From the NCBI GenBank assembly GCA_050253415.1, contig JBFWJC010000001.1, forward strand, positions 680,679-744,678: a stretch of DNA of 64,000 nt, read 5' to 3'. A program made the position numbers and the translations under genes. The first letter of the stretch is position 1. Each line of letters starts with the position of its first letter. Below are positions 48,902 to 57,691 of this stretch, piece by piece. Origin of the DNA: Pedobacter sp. (GTDB lineage Bacteria > Desulfobacterota > Desulfuromonadia > Desulfuromonadales > Syntrophotaleaceae). The notes beneath the pieces were generated by a model. It did no database searches. It was not told where the DNA came from and saw only the letters and a program-made list of their open reading frames with translations.

Positions 48902-50014
48902 TTAAAGTTTGCGAAGCCGCGGCAGGCTGCGCAGAAGCAGGTGCAGTGCCATAAGTCCAAATCCCATAAGGGCCAGCGTCTGTCGGGTCCAGCGTGGTTG
49001 CAGGGTGATGCGAGTCAGATTCCGATTGCTTTCCAGGATGTCGATCTCTCGGTAGACTTCTTCAATCTGTTCCCGATCCAGACCGCGCGAGGTAACGAAA
49101 ATGCGACCGACGGCAGGTTCGCCGGTTACCGGCTGCATGGCTTTTTCCACCGCTTCGTCGACCTCGCCACCGACCGAAATGATGTAGAAACGCACTCCGA
49201 CCGCTTTCATCAGGGTAATGATGTTGACCAGGTTCGGCAGGGCACCGCTGCGCACGTGGGCGCGCTGGGTCGGTTCGATGCGGCCGTCGGTAAAAAGGAT
49301 AACAGCCATGCCGGTGCCCAGTGCCGCATTGCGGATCTTCTGGGGGATATCGAGCAGTGCTCCCGGTTCGCCGAGCAGAAACTCGCGCATGCCGGCGATC
49401 TGTTCAACGCTCAGGCGGTTTTCCTCGGGCAACATGGAGAAAAATGCCGAAAGGGATAACCATACAGCTTCGGAGGCGTTGGTGCCGCCCCCGGCTCCAA
49501 GTTCCCGGTAGATTCGCGAGTGGTTTTTGCTGCGCACCAGATCGAGTTTGGCTTTGAGCAGATCTTTGTCAAACGTCAGCGGAGCCAGTAGCTTGGCGTA
49601 GCTGGAAAAGGCCACCAAGCCGATGTAATCGTCGCTGCGGCGCATATCGATAAAGGAGCTGATCCCGTCCAGAGCCAGATCGCCCAGAGTCTGATCCGAG
49701 AACCGGCTTACCGGGCGTTTCATGGAGCCGGACAGGTCAAGGGCCAGAAACAGCCATTTCGATTCGATGAATTCCTCTACCGTCTCTTTCGAATAGCCTG
49801 GATTGACCAGGCTAAGGACCAGACAGGCGTATACCAGGCTGAAAAGGATACCGTTGTAATTACGTTTCCAGAATCCCGGCCGCAGACTGACCATGTCCGG
49901 CAAGATGGACGGGAATGGCAGCTTGCGCCGAGTGCGCCGTCGCAGCACCAGGAAAAGGGGTGCCAGCAACAGCAGCAGCAGGGCCAGAGGGTATTGCAGT
50001 TCGAAACCAGGCAT
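48902..50014 (-). CDS. Membrane-anchored VWA protein (MxaC/BatA-like)
   Basis: YPLALLLLLL N-terminus, MIDAS DLSGSM, GLVAFS, PLTFD, GT, LFTDG, VY.EI..LE. Confidence 0.85.
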   Translation of the reverse strand: MPGFELQYPLALLLLLLAPLFLVLRRRTRRKLPFPSILPDMVSLRPGFWKRNYNGILFSLVYACLVLSLVNPGYSKETVEEFIESKWLFLALDLSGSMKRPVSRFSDQTLGDLALDGISSFIDMRRSDDYIGLVAFSSYAKLLAPLTFDKDLLKAKLDLVRSKNHSRIYRELGAGGGTNASEAVWLSLSAFFSMLPEENRLSVEQIAGMREFLLGEPGALLDIPQKIRNAALGTGMAVILFTDGRIEPTQRAHVRSGALPNLVNIITLMKAVGVRFYIISVGGEVDEAVEKAMQPVTGEPAVGRIFVTSRGLDREQIEEVYREIDILESNRNLTRITLQPRWTRQTLALMGFGLMALHLLLRSLPRLRKL

Positions 50015-50040
50015 GGGCACAATCCGGCAGCAGAGGCGGT

Positions 50041-51843
50041 TCAGTGTTTTTCGGGAACGTCCTGCAGCGTTTCTGAGCAGGCCCGCACTTCGGCAATAAG
50101 CTTCCCGGCTTTCTCGGGTAAATCGGCCGGTATGACTGCCTGGTCGCCACGCGCCAGAGCATGATCGATGATGGACAGCACGTCGGCGGCGGATGGGCGG
50201 CATGCGCGGGGCAGTGCATCTTCGATGCGGTGGAAGAAGGCCGTGTGGCTCCCCCCGCGCATGTCCTCGTCAAGCCCTGCAAATTCGGCCAGGTAGTTTT
50301 TCAAGGCTACACCCAAAACGGCCAGTTCTTTTAATCCCAGGTGTTGCTCTGTGGCCAGAACCACTGCGCTTACTGCCTGATATAGGCGGTTCAGGGCGTG
50401 GTTTTCGGGCTGCACGGCCATTTTCTGGCGGCTACGCCGGAGGATGGCTGCCGATGCGCAGACCAGGCCGATGAGAACCAACCCGGCTAACATCAGCATG
50501 GCATGGTGGCGTTTGGCCCCTGTCGCAGCCGCGTCATCCATGCCCGGCAGGGGGGCTGGTTCGGCGACCTGCAGGTCAAATCCCTGCTGGCTTTCCGGGA
50601 TCATCGCGGCGATGCGTACGGGTACTTCGGTAGTCTTGATCAGCTGCACCTTGGTCCTGGGTGCGCCGCTATCTGTGTAATAAACCGGAATGCCCGGGAG
50701 ATTGTATTCGCCGGTGGCATAGATTTTTATCTGTCCGGTAATGCGAATGGGGCTGCGGTTCAGGTCGACGGCGCTTAACGGGACGTCATAGCTGATGTCG
50801 TACAAATTGTGGAAAATGCCACCCGGTTTGAGATTCAGGTTGGCAATGGTGCTCGATTCAATTTTCACCTTGTCGGTAAAGCGAATTTCAAAGGTAAAGG
50901 GGATGGGGGTGCCGGGCATGGCACCATTCATCGCCAGGGAAAACTGTACGCCGACAGGCGGTATCAGAGGCATCAAGACCGGCCAGGCCTGCGCTACGCT
51001 GATGTCCTCGGCCAGCAGGTTGGCAGTCTGCCAGACGCTTTGCCGGCAAGGATCGATGGTGATACTTTGACGGTTGGAGGGCGTTATTTCATCGGTTTCC
51101 ACGGCCTCGATGGCTTGCAGCAGAGCCTGCCGTTGTTGGGGGGAGGCGGCGGTCTTCCAACGGATCGCAATACGTTCCAGGGGAGCATACAGCTGATCAG
51201 CGATTCTCCAGGCAGGGTGTGCGTACTTGACCTGTGGATCCTGCTGTAAACGCGTCATAAGGGTTTGGAAAACTTCCTTCGGCATATCTCTGCGCAGCCG
51301 GTAGGCGGCCATAGCGGGGCCCAACTCCGGGTCGTGAAGGAAGTGACTGAAGTATTCGCCGTACTGTTGGTTGAACGACTCGAAGGATGGCGGTTGGGCA
51401 TTGCTATCCCCCATCTGGAGATTGTCGGATATCTCTGCCGAGTAGCTGTCGGTTGTGTCCTCCGGCAGAGTATCGATTTGCCTCGTTGCATCCATCAATC
51501 GCACCACCAACCAGTCAAGGGCCGGTTGGGGGACGACCCTCTGCCCGTTTTGGTCGTAGAACCATACATCCTCCTGGTAGCTGGACCACAGGCGGTCAAA
51601 GCAGGCGATACGTTCCGCATCAAGGGAGTCTGACGCGGTTTCCGGCTGAGCCTCGGAATCCGTGACTTGTTCGGCGGATACTTCCGCAGTTGTCCCACTT
51701 TGATCAGGCAAGTTTTCTGCTGCCATGGCCGGGACAGCAAACACCAGGAAGAAAACCAGAACCTGGACCAACAGGCTTACCTGCGCAAGGCAGGCAGGGT
51801 GCTTTGTAACTGTACGGGAAGCATTGCGAGGATGTTGTTTCAT
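50041..51843 (-). CDS. Exported membrane-anchored protein (MxaA/BatD-like C-terminal half)
   Basis: Signal peptide ending PAMA, beta-sandwich segment (GEYNLPGIPVYY), TM at ~aa 480-505, short cytoplasmic tail. Confidence 0.6.
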   Translation of the reverse strand: MKQHPRNASRTVTKHPACLAQVSLLVQVLVFFLVFAVPAMAAENLPDQSGTTAEVSAEQVTDSEAQPETASDSLDAERIACFDRLWSSYQEDVWFYDQNGQRVVPQPALDWLVVRLMDATRQIDTLPEDTTDSYSAEISDNLQMGDSNAQPPSFESFNQQYGEYFSHFLHDPELGPAMAAYRLRRDMPKEVFQTLMTRLQQDPQVKYAHPAWRIADQLYAPLERIAIRWKTAASPQQRQALLQAIEAVETDEITPSNRQSITIDPCRQSVWQTANLLAEDISVAQAWPVLMPLIPPVGVQFSLAMNGAMPGTPIPFTFEIRFTDKVKIESSTIANLNLKPGGIFHNLYDISYDVPLSAVDLNRSPIRITGQIKIYATGEYNLPGIPVYYTDSGAPRTKVQLIKTTEVPVRIAAMIPESQQGFDLQVAEPAPLPGMDDAAATGAKRHHAMLMLAGLVLIGLVCASAAILRRSRQKMAVQPENHALNRLYQAVSAVVLATEQHLGLKELAVLGVALKNYLAEFAGLDEDMRGGSHTAFFHRIEDALPRACRPSAADVLSIIDHALARGDQAVIPADLPEKAGKLIAEVRACSETLQDVPEKH

Positions 51844-51873
51844 CGTTTTTTCCTTGGTGTGAACAGGGTCAAA

Positions 51874-52737
51874 TCAGATTCTGGTCGCCAGGCGCCGGGC
51901 AAAAAGGGTGTTGACGCGGGCCTGGATATCCGTAGCACCGACTGGAAGCACCGCGGAGTCGATGCCGACCCCGGCCAGTGCGCGCACGGTGCGTTCCCTG
52001 TCCCGACGCAGCAGGGCGTTGAACTCCTGAAGGCGGGAAAGATCCAGGTCCATTTGCTGGCCCGATTCCATATCCTGAAGCGTCAACAGGCCGCTGTCGA
52101 TGCCGGTCAGCCGGTATTCCGAGTCTTCAAGCACATGCAGGGCCACCATCTCATGGGCGGGAAAACGGCTGTCCGCCGCATCCATCAGACCTTTGAGATA
52201 GCCAAGGTCGGTGTGAAAATCGGAAATGATAACCCCGAGGCAGGAGGCCAGTCGTTTCATGACGAATTCCAGCGCCGGTGCCAGTCGGGTCTGCCGGTTT
52301 TTGGCTGCCGGGGCCTGCTGCAAGGCGTTGACGATGCGGTGAAACTGCCGTGGCGCGGCACTCGGAGGAATCCAGGTCAGGACCTTGTCGGCGAACAGCA
52401 GCAATCCGCAGGGATTGTTGGCGCGCAGGGCGGCGTGGGCCAGGGAAACGGCCAGGTCCTTAGCCATACCGAATTTGTTGCCGAAGTGCATGGAGCGGCT
52501 CACATCGCATATCAGTAGCAGGTTGTAGGCGCTGTCCTTGAGAAACTCACGCACGTGCAGTTCGCCGCTGCGTGCGCAGGCTTTCCAGTCGATACGGCTC
52601 CAGCTGTCGCCGGGCAGGTATTTACGCAACCCCCAGAACTCGTATCCGGTGCCCCGGTCAAGCCCGGCCCAGTCGCCCGCCATGTCGTTACGTGGGGGGT
52701 GTTTGAGCAGGATATCGAAACGATAGGGAGGTTTCAT
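51874..52737 (-). CDS. DUF58 family protein (MxaS-like)
   Basis: G.EF..LR.Y.PGD....IDWKA.AR, DVSRSM.FG, ISDF. Confidence 0.92.
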   Translation of the reverse strand: MKPPYRFDILLKHPPRNDMAGDWAGLDRGTGYEFWGLRKYLPGDSWSRIDWKACARSGELHVREFLKDSAYNLLLICDVSRSMHFGNKFGMAKDLAVSLAHAALRANNPCGLLLFADKVLTWIPPSAAPRQFHRIVNALQQAPAAKNRQTRLAPALEFVMKRLASCLGVIISDFHTDLGYLKGLMDAADSRFPAHEMVALHVLEDSEYRLTGIDSGLLTLQDMESGQQMDLDLSRLQEFNALLRRDRERTVRALAGVGIDSAVLPVGATDIQARVNTLFARRLATRI

Positions 52738-52764
52738 GGCTCAGAGTTGCTCCGTGAGACTGTC

Positions 52765-53784
52765 TTAAGCATAAGGGTCCACCGAACGTACGATATCCCG
52801 CAACAGGTCGGCGGCATGAATGCCCTCGAGAATCGCCGAGTCGCTGAGGATCAGGCGATGTCCGAGAACCTGGGCGGCACAGGCGTCGACATCTTCAAAG
52901 GCCACATAGTCCCGCCCGCGCAAAAAGGCAAATCCTTTGCAATAGGCGATAATATGCTCGCCGGCACGCGGCGAGACTCCCACCGAGACGTAATCGCGTA
53001 CCGCCGGAGGCGCTACGTTTGACTGGGGGCGGGTGCGCAGGCAGATTTCGAGAATATAAGCCACTACGGCCTCTGAAACGGTGACGTGATGAGCAACATG
53101 CTGCTGCATGGCGACGACTTCGTCCGGTTGCAGCAGGCACGGTACCGCTTTTTGCAACTCTTCGAAGTTGGTGCTCTTTTTCCTGAGCAGTTGTTCCTCA
53201 AACTCCCTGGGAGGGTAGGTCAGGGTCACCTTGGCGATAAACCGGTCGAGTTGCGCCTCCGACAGGGGGTAGGTGCCGAGCTGTTCCACCGGATTCATGG
53301 TGGCCAGCACCATGAACAATTCAGGCAGTTGGTATTGGTCGCGGTCGATGCTGACCCGCTTTTCCTGCATCGCCTCAAGCAGCGCCGATTGCACCTTGGG
53401 CGCCGCGCGGTTGATCTCATCAGCCAGCAGAATGTTGCAGAACACCGGCCCCTGATGAAAGGTGAAGGCGCCGGTAGCCTGGTTGAAAACGGTGGTGCCG
53501 GTGATGTCGCTGGGCAGCTTGTCCGGCGTGAATTGAATGCGCTTGAATTCGCCACCGATGGTGCGGGCGAAGGTGCCCACCGTGAGGCTTTTTGCCAGCC
53601 CCGGCACCCCCTCCAGCAGAATGTGACCCCGGGACAGAAGAGTGCAGATAATGGCTTCGATCATCGCTTCCTGGCCGATGATGATTTTGCCGATTTCCTC
53701 TTCGACCTGCTGAATCTTGGTGCGGAACGTTTCCGCCGAAAAGGTTGCTGCAGTCGGGGAGGTATTGTTGGCGGTAGGATTCAT
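52765..53784 (-). CDS. moxR: MoxR-proper AAA+ ATPase (MxaR-like)
   Basis: HILLEGVPGLAKS, RIQFTPD.LPSD, LLADEINRA, ATMNP.EQ.GTY.L.EAQLDRF. Confidence 0.93.
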   Translation of the reverse strand: MNPTANNTSPTAATFSAETFRTKIQQVEEEIGKIIIGQEAMIEAIICTLLSRGHILLEGVPGLAKSLTVGTFARTIGGEFKRIQFTPDKLPSDITGTTVFNQATGAFTFHQGPVFCNILLADEINRAAPKVQSALLEAMQEKRVSIDRDQYQLPELFMVLATMNPVEQLGTYPLSEAQLDRFIAKVTLTYPPREFEEQLLRKKSTNFEELQKAVPCLLQPDEVVAMQQHVAHHVTVSEAVVAYILEICLRTRPQSNVAPPAVRDYVSVGVSPRAGEHIIAYCKGFAFLRGRDYVAFEDVDACAAQVLGHRLILSDSAILEGIHAADLLRDIVRSVDPYA

Positions 53785-53842
53785 GACAGTGCTGCCTCCA
53801 GCTATAACGGTCGTCGACCGGCTGTTGGTCGGTCGAAAAGAT

Positions 53843-54898
53843 TTAGAAAAATACAAATTTGCGGCGGTCACGGATGATCAGGTAGAGAAAAAACGGCCCG
53901 CCGAGCAGTGCGGTCAATACTCCGATACGCAGCCCGCCGCTGCCCCAGACACGCACCACGCAGTCCGAATAGATTACCAGAGCTCCCCCCAGCACACCGG
54001 CGGCAGGGATAAGCACCCGGTTGTCCGAGCCGACAAAGCTGCGCATGATGTGCGGCGCGACCAGGCCTACGAAGCCGATGGCGCCGGATACTGCAATGGC
54101 GCCGCCGGTCAGCAACGCGGAGATAAACAGCAGCATGTTGCGGGATAGGGTTACATTGACGCCGAGGTTGGCGGCGATTTCCTCGCTGAGCATCATGATG
54201 TTGAGATCGCGGGCGTAAAGCATCGACCACAAGGTCCCGATCAGAGTGATGATAAGCACGATATGCACATGCTGCCAACTGCGGTTGGTCAGATCCCCCA
54301 TCAACCAGCCCACGATCTGGCGTGCCATCTCGAACTGGTCCGTCGACAGCACGATGACCAGCGATGTCAGGGCGCCGAAAATAGCATTGAAGGCGATGCC
54401 GGCCAGCAGCAACGTATAGCGCGAGGTCAGTCCGCCGCTGGTGGCGATGCCCAGCACGATCAGCATCGACAAAAAGGCGAACAGGATGGCAAACGACGGT
54501 ACCGCGTAGATGCTGGTGGCGGCCAGACCGGCGTAGATGGCCGTTACCGCACCCAGCGCCGCGCCGGAACTGGTACCGATGACCCCCGGACTGGCCATGG
54601 GGTTTTTGAAGATGCCCTGCATGATGGTCCCCGCGGCGCCCAGCGCGAATCCGACCAACGCACCGGTCAGGGTGCGTGGAACCCGTCCCAGCCAGACGAT
54701 GGCTTCCAAAGCTGGATCCGTCACCATATCGAGACGCAGAACCTTGGCCGCCAGGATGCGGCCGATATCCTGCAGGCTGACCTCCCAGGGGCCGATGCGG
54801 ACCGACAGAAACATGCCGACAAGTAGCAGTGCCAATGCGGCCGAGCATGCCATCAGGCTGGTGATAAAAAAATGCCGGCGATCAGAACGACGATTCAT
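53843..54898 (-). CDS. BtuC/FecCD-type ABC permease (probably corrinoid)
   Basis: RVPR, QGIFKNPMASP..IG.SSGA, W.MG, G.IGFVGL..PH. Confidence 0.9.
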   Translation of the reverse strand: MNRRSDRRHFFITSLMACSAALALLLVGMFLSVRIGPWEVSLQDIGRILAAKVLRLDMVTDPALEAIVWLGRVPRTLTGALVGFALGAAGTIMQGIFKNPMASPGVIGTSSGAALGAVTAIYAGLAATSIYAVPSFAILFAFLSMLIVLGIATSGGLTSRYTLLLAGIAFNAIFGALTSLVIVLSTDQFEMARQIVGWLMGDLTNRSWQHVHIVLIITLIGTLWSMLYARDLNIMMLSEEIAANLGVNVTLSRNMLLFISALLTGGAIAVSGAIGFVGLVAPHIMRSFVGSDNRVLIPAAGVLGGALVIYSDCVVRVWGSGGLRIGVLTALLGGPFFLYLIIRDRRKFVFF

Positions 54899-55955
54899 AA
54901 ATTAATCCCGCCAGGTAGTTGATGCTGGCGACCAAATATTGTGAAGAACTAAGTAAGTAAACCGTTGGCATCTTGCGGATGTTCTTCTGCCGTACCGCGC
55001 GTGCCGTGGCCAGGATCTTCTGGCTGTAAAGTTGCAGGTCAAAGGTGCTTTCTTCCGGCACGATAATCACATCCGGATTCCATTGCAGCAGGGTTTCGTA
55101 GTCAATCTGCTTGAAGTTGTGAATCCCCTTAACTGCGGCGATGTTGGTCACTCCCAAAGCCTGGCACATGCTGTTAAATGTGGTGCCCGAACCAGCCACG
55201 TAGGCCATATTATCGTAATACAGCACGGTCGGCGGTTTGCTCACGGGCCCTCTTCGCTGCCGCACCACTGCTTGGATATCGCGCAGCTTTTCGGTCATGA
55301 CGGAAACCAGGCGCTGCGCCGAGGCTTCTTCGCCGGTCAGGCGTCCGGCCAGCACAATCTGATCCTTGATGGCATCAAGATCGTCGAAAAACCCGAACTG
55401 CGCCAAAGGCACATGCGCGGTGCGCAGCTGGTGCAGAAAGTTTTCGTTGGAAAAGAACGACGCCAACACCAGATCCGGACGGTAGCCGATGACGATTTCC
55501 GCATCGTCGGTGCCGTAGGTCGGCAGGTCGGCCGGCAGCAGCGGTGCCAAAAACGAGAACTGTCGATCCTTGCAGCTTTTGTGCACAGCGACCAGGCGCT
55601 CATGCGGTACAATGGCCCACAAAATTTCCGTCAGACCTGTTGCGTGGGGAATAATGCGCTGCGGCTGCCGCGCAAGGGTAATCGATCGTTCCTCATCATG
55701 TTTCTGGTCTGAAACGAAATCATAGCGTACAAAGCGATAGGATACGGTGCGGGGATAGCTCTCCGCCGTAACAGGTGTCGGTTGCCGGGTGTCGCTCAGT
55801 GATCCCATCAGCGCATCCATCTCCAGAGGAAACTTGCGGGCACCGCGGGCGTTTTCCGCCGCGGTACAAGCGCCTCCCAGCAGCATCGTCAGCAACGCAG
55901 CTCCCAAAATCCCTGTCAAGGCATGCTTAACGATAGAACAACAGCGAAACGCCAT
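54882..55955 (-). CDS. BtuF/FecB-type periplasmic substrate-binding protein
   Basis: PQRII, TEILWA, E......PDLV, E.LLQWNPDVII, AVRQK; start uncertain. Confidence 0.85.
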   Translation of the reverse strand: MAFRCCSIVKHALTGILGAALLTMLLGGACTAAENARGARKFPLEMDALMGSLSDTRQPTPVTAESYPRTVSYRFVRYDFVSDQKHDEERSITLARQPQRIIPHATGLTEILWAIVPHERLVAVHKSCKDRQFSFLAPLLPADLPTYGTDDAEIVIGYRPDLVLASFFSNENFLHQLRTAHVPLAQFGFFDDLDAIKDQIVLAGRLTGEEASAQRLVSVMTEKLRDIQAVVRQRRGPVSKPPTVLYYDNMAYVAGSGTTFNSMCQALGVTNIAAVKGIHNFKQIDYETLLQWNPDVIIVPEESTFDLQLYSQKILATARAVRQKNIRKMPTVYLLSSSQYLVASINYLAGLIYESSF

Positions 55956-56703
55956 GTTCGGTTGCGATTTCCTCCACGCCGACATGGAAAACCTCCTTGA
56001 TGCGTTGTTCGGCAAATCCTTGTTCGGCCTTGCCGTGGTAATAGACGCTGCCCTGTTGCAGCAGGGTTACGGTGTCGCAGTAACGTCGCGCCAGGTCGAG
56101 ATCGTGGATACTGATGAGAATGGTTTTACCCGCATCGCGCAGGCTGGTCAGCAATTCCATGATTTCGAGCTTGTGCAGAATATCCAGGGCGCTGGTCGGC
56201 TCGTCGAGCAGAATGATCGGTGCTTCGGTGGCCAGCGCGCGCGCTAGACTGACCAACTGCGCCTCGCCGCCCGACAGTTCGTTGATAAGCCGGTTGCGGA
56301 AGATGTCGGTGCCGGTGACCACCAGGGCCTGGTCGATGATATCCATATCTTTCTGGCGCAGCCACTGCAGCCGTTTCAGGTGCGGATGGCGGCCCATGGC
56401 GACAAAGTCGGATACCATAATGGAAAAATCGAGGCGCGTGTCCTGCTGTACCAGGGTCACCATCTGGCTGAGAGATTTGCGGGGGATGCGGCGATAATCC
56501 CGCCCCTCGATCAAAACCCGGCCGTTTTGCGGTTCCCAGATGCGGCAGATGTTGCGCAGCAGCGTGCTCTTGCCGGAACCGTTGGGCCCGATCAGTCCAT
56601 GGATGCCCCCGGCGGCAAAGTGGCAGCTGATGTCTTTAAGAATAGCATGGCCACCGATGGAAAAATCGAGCTTGTCAATCTGCAGGATCGGTTGATCGGT
56701 CAT
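55927..56703 (-). CDS. BtuD/FecE-type ABC ATP-binding protein
   Basis: GPNGSGKST, V.MGR.PH, LSGGE, LLDEPTSALD, HDL.LA. Confidence 0.92.
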   Translation of the reverse strand: MTDQPILQIDKLDFSIGGHAILKDISCHFAAGGIHGLIGPNGSGKSTLLRNICRIWEPQNGRVLIEGRDYRRIPRKSLSQMVTLVQQDTRLDFSIMVSDFVAMGRHPHLKRLQWLRQKDMDIIDQALVVTGTDIFRNRLINELSGGEAQLVSLARALATEAPIILLDEPTSALDILHKLEIMELLTSLRDAGKTILISIHDLDLARRYCDTVTLLQQGSVYYHGKAEQGFAEQRIKEVFHVGVEEIATEHGVSLLFYR

Positions 56704-57521
56704 TCTTCCTCGTGTTCCCGGCTTTTAAGAGTCAGTTTCCAGGCCAGCGGCAAGCTGAATTTGGATACGGCGGTCAGCAGCGTGCCGCACAGCACGATGC
56801 TCCACATGATGCCGTGCCCCAGCCGGTCCTGAAACAGGCCGGTGGTTAAAGTCGTTCCCCATAACAGCGTCAACCCGGCGAATAACTGAATATTCTGGCT
56901 CATGGCATGAATGCCCCAGAAATTTTCGGAAATCCGGCTCAATCGGCCATTGCGCAATTTAATTTCAATGAGTTTAAACCAGATGCGTCCTTCCGCCACC
57001 TGGGCCGAGCCGTCGCAGATGTGATGCAACAGGTACAGGGCAATGAGGACATAACGTCCCGCAGCCATATCGCCGAACAGCCCGGTGAACAAGGGCGGGT
57101 AACACAGCAACAGCAATATCGCTCCCAGCGCCTGCCCACCACCCACCAGGGCCATGGCTCGCACCAGGCCTCGTACCTGGGTGTTGATATCCGGAAAGCT
57201 TTCCAGATAATCGACAAACGAAGAAACCTTGACGTTGCTGATAAACGTGATCCCCGGATAAAAGTATTTTGTCAGCACGCCAAGAATCGCCGCCACCCTG
57301 AATTCGGTCTGGGCCATGGAGAACATGGTGTAGAGCACCGCCCCTTCAAGAATGCTCTTGCCCAAAGTGTACAACAGGTTGCCGATCTCGCCATAGCGAT
57401 AATAAGGACTTAGCCCCATGGCCTGGAACCAGAGGGAAGTTTTATGCGCGACATCGCGCCACAGGGAGCGGGGTGCTGGGCGTGGATTGGCGATGGCAGT
57501 TTTCACGGCGGTCTCAGGCAT
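56700..57521 (-). CDS. Uncharacterised multi-pass inner membrane protein
   Basis: About 6 hydrophobic segments; ATGA overlap with the ABC ATPase gene. Confidence 0.7.
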   Translation of the reverse strand: MPETAVKTAIANPRPAPRSLWRDVAHKTSLWFQAMGLSPYYRYGEIGNLLYTLGKSILEGAVLYTMFSMAQTEFRVAAILGVLTKYFYPGITFISNVKVSSFVDYLESFPDINTQVRGLVRAMALVGGGQALGAILLLLCYPPLFTGLFGDMAAGRYVLIALYLLHHICDGSAQVAEGRIWFKLIEIKLRNGRLSRISENFWGIHAMSQNIQLFAGLTLLWGTTLTTGLFQDRLGHGIMWSIVLCGTLLTAVSKFSLPLAWKLTLKSREHEEE

Positions 57522-57691
57522 AGGCGTATCCCGGTTGCGTTAGAAAGCCGGGCCGCTTGAAGGCGGCCCGACCTGGAATTTTGCAGAGTCCAGCGCTTCG
57601 ACCGAATGCGGGGGGTCGAAAAGCTAATGGTGAGGTGGGGGGAAGAGATGGCCCGGGGCGAACCCCGGGCCGATTACAAAGGGTAGAGAGC

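Noticed and set aside
53868..54848. 326-aa alternative-frame ORF over the ABC permease
   Set aside because: Arg/Gly-rich off-frame product typical of high-GC coding DNA.
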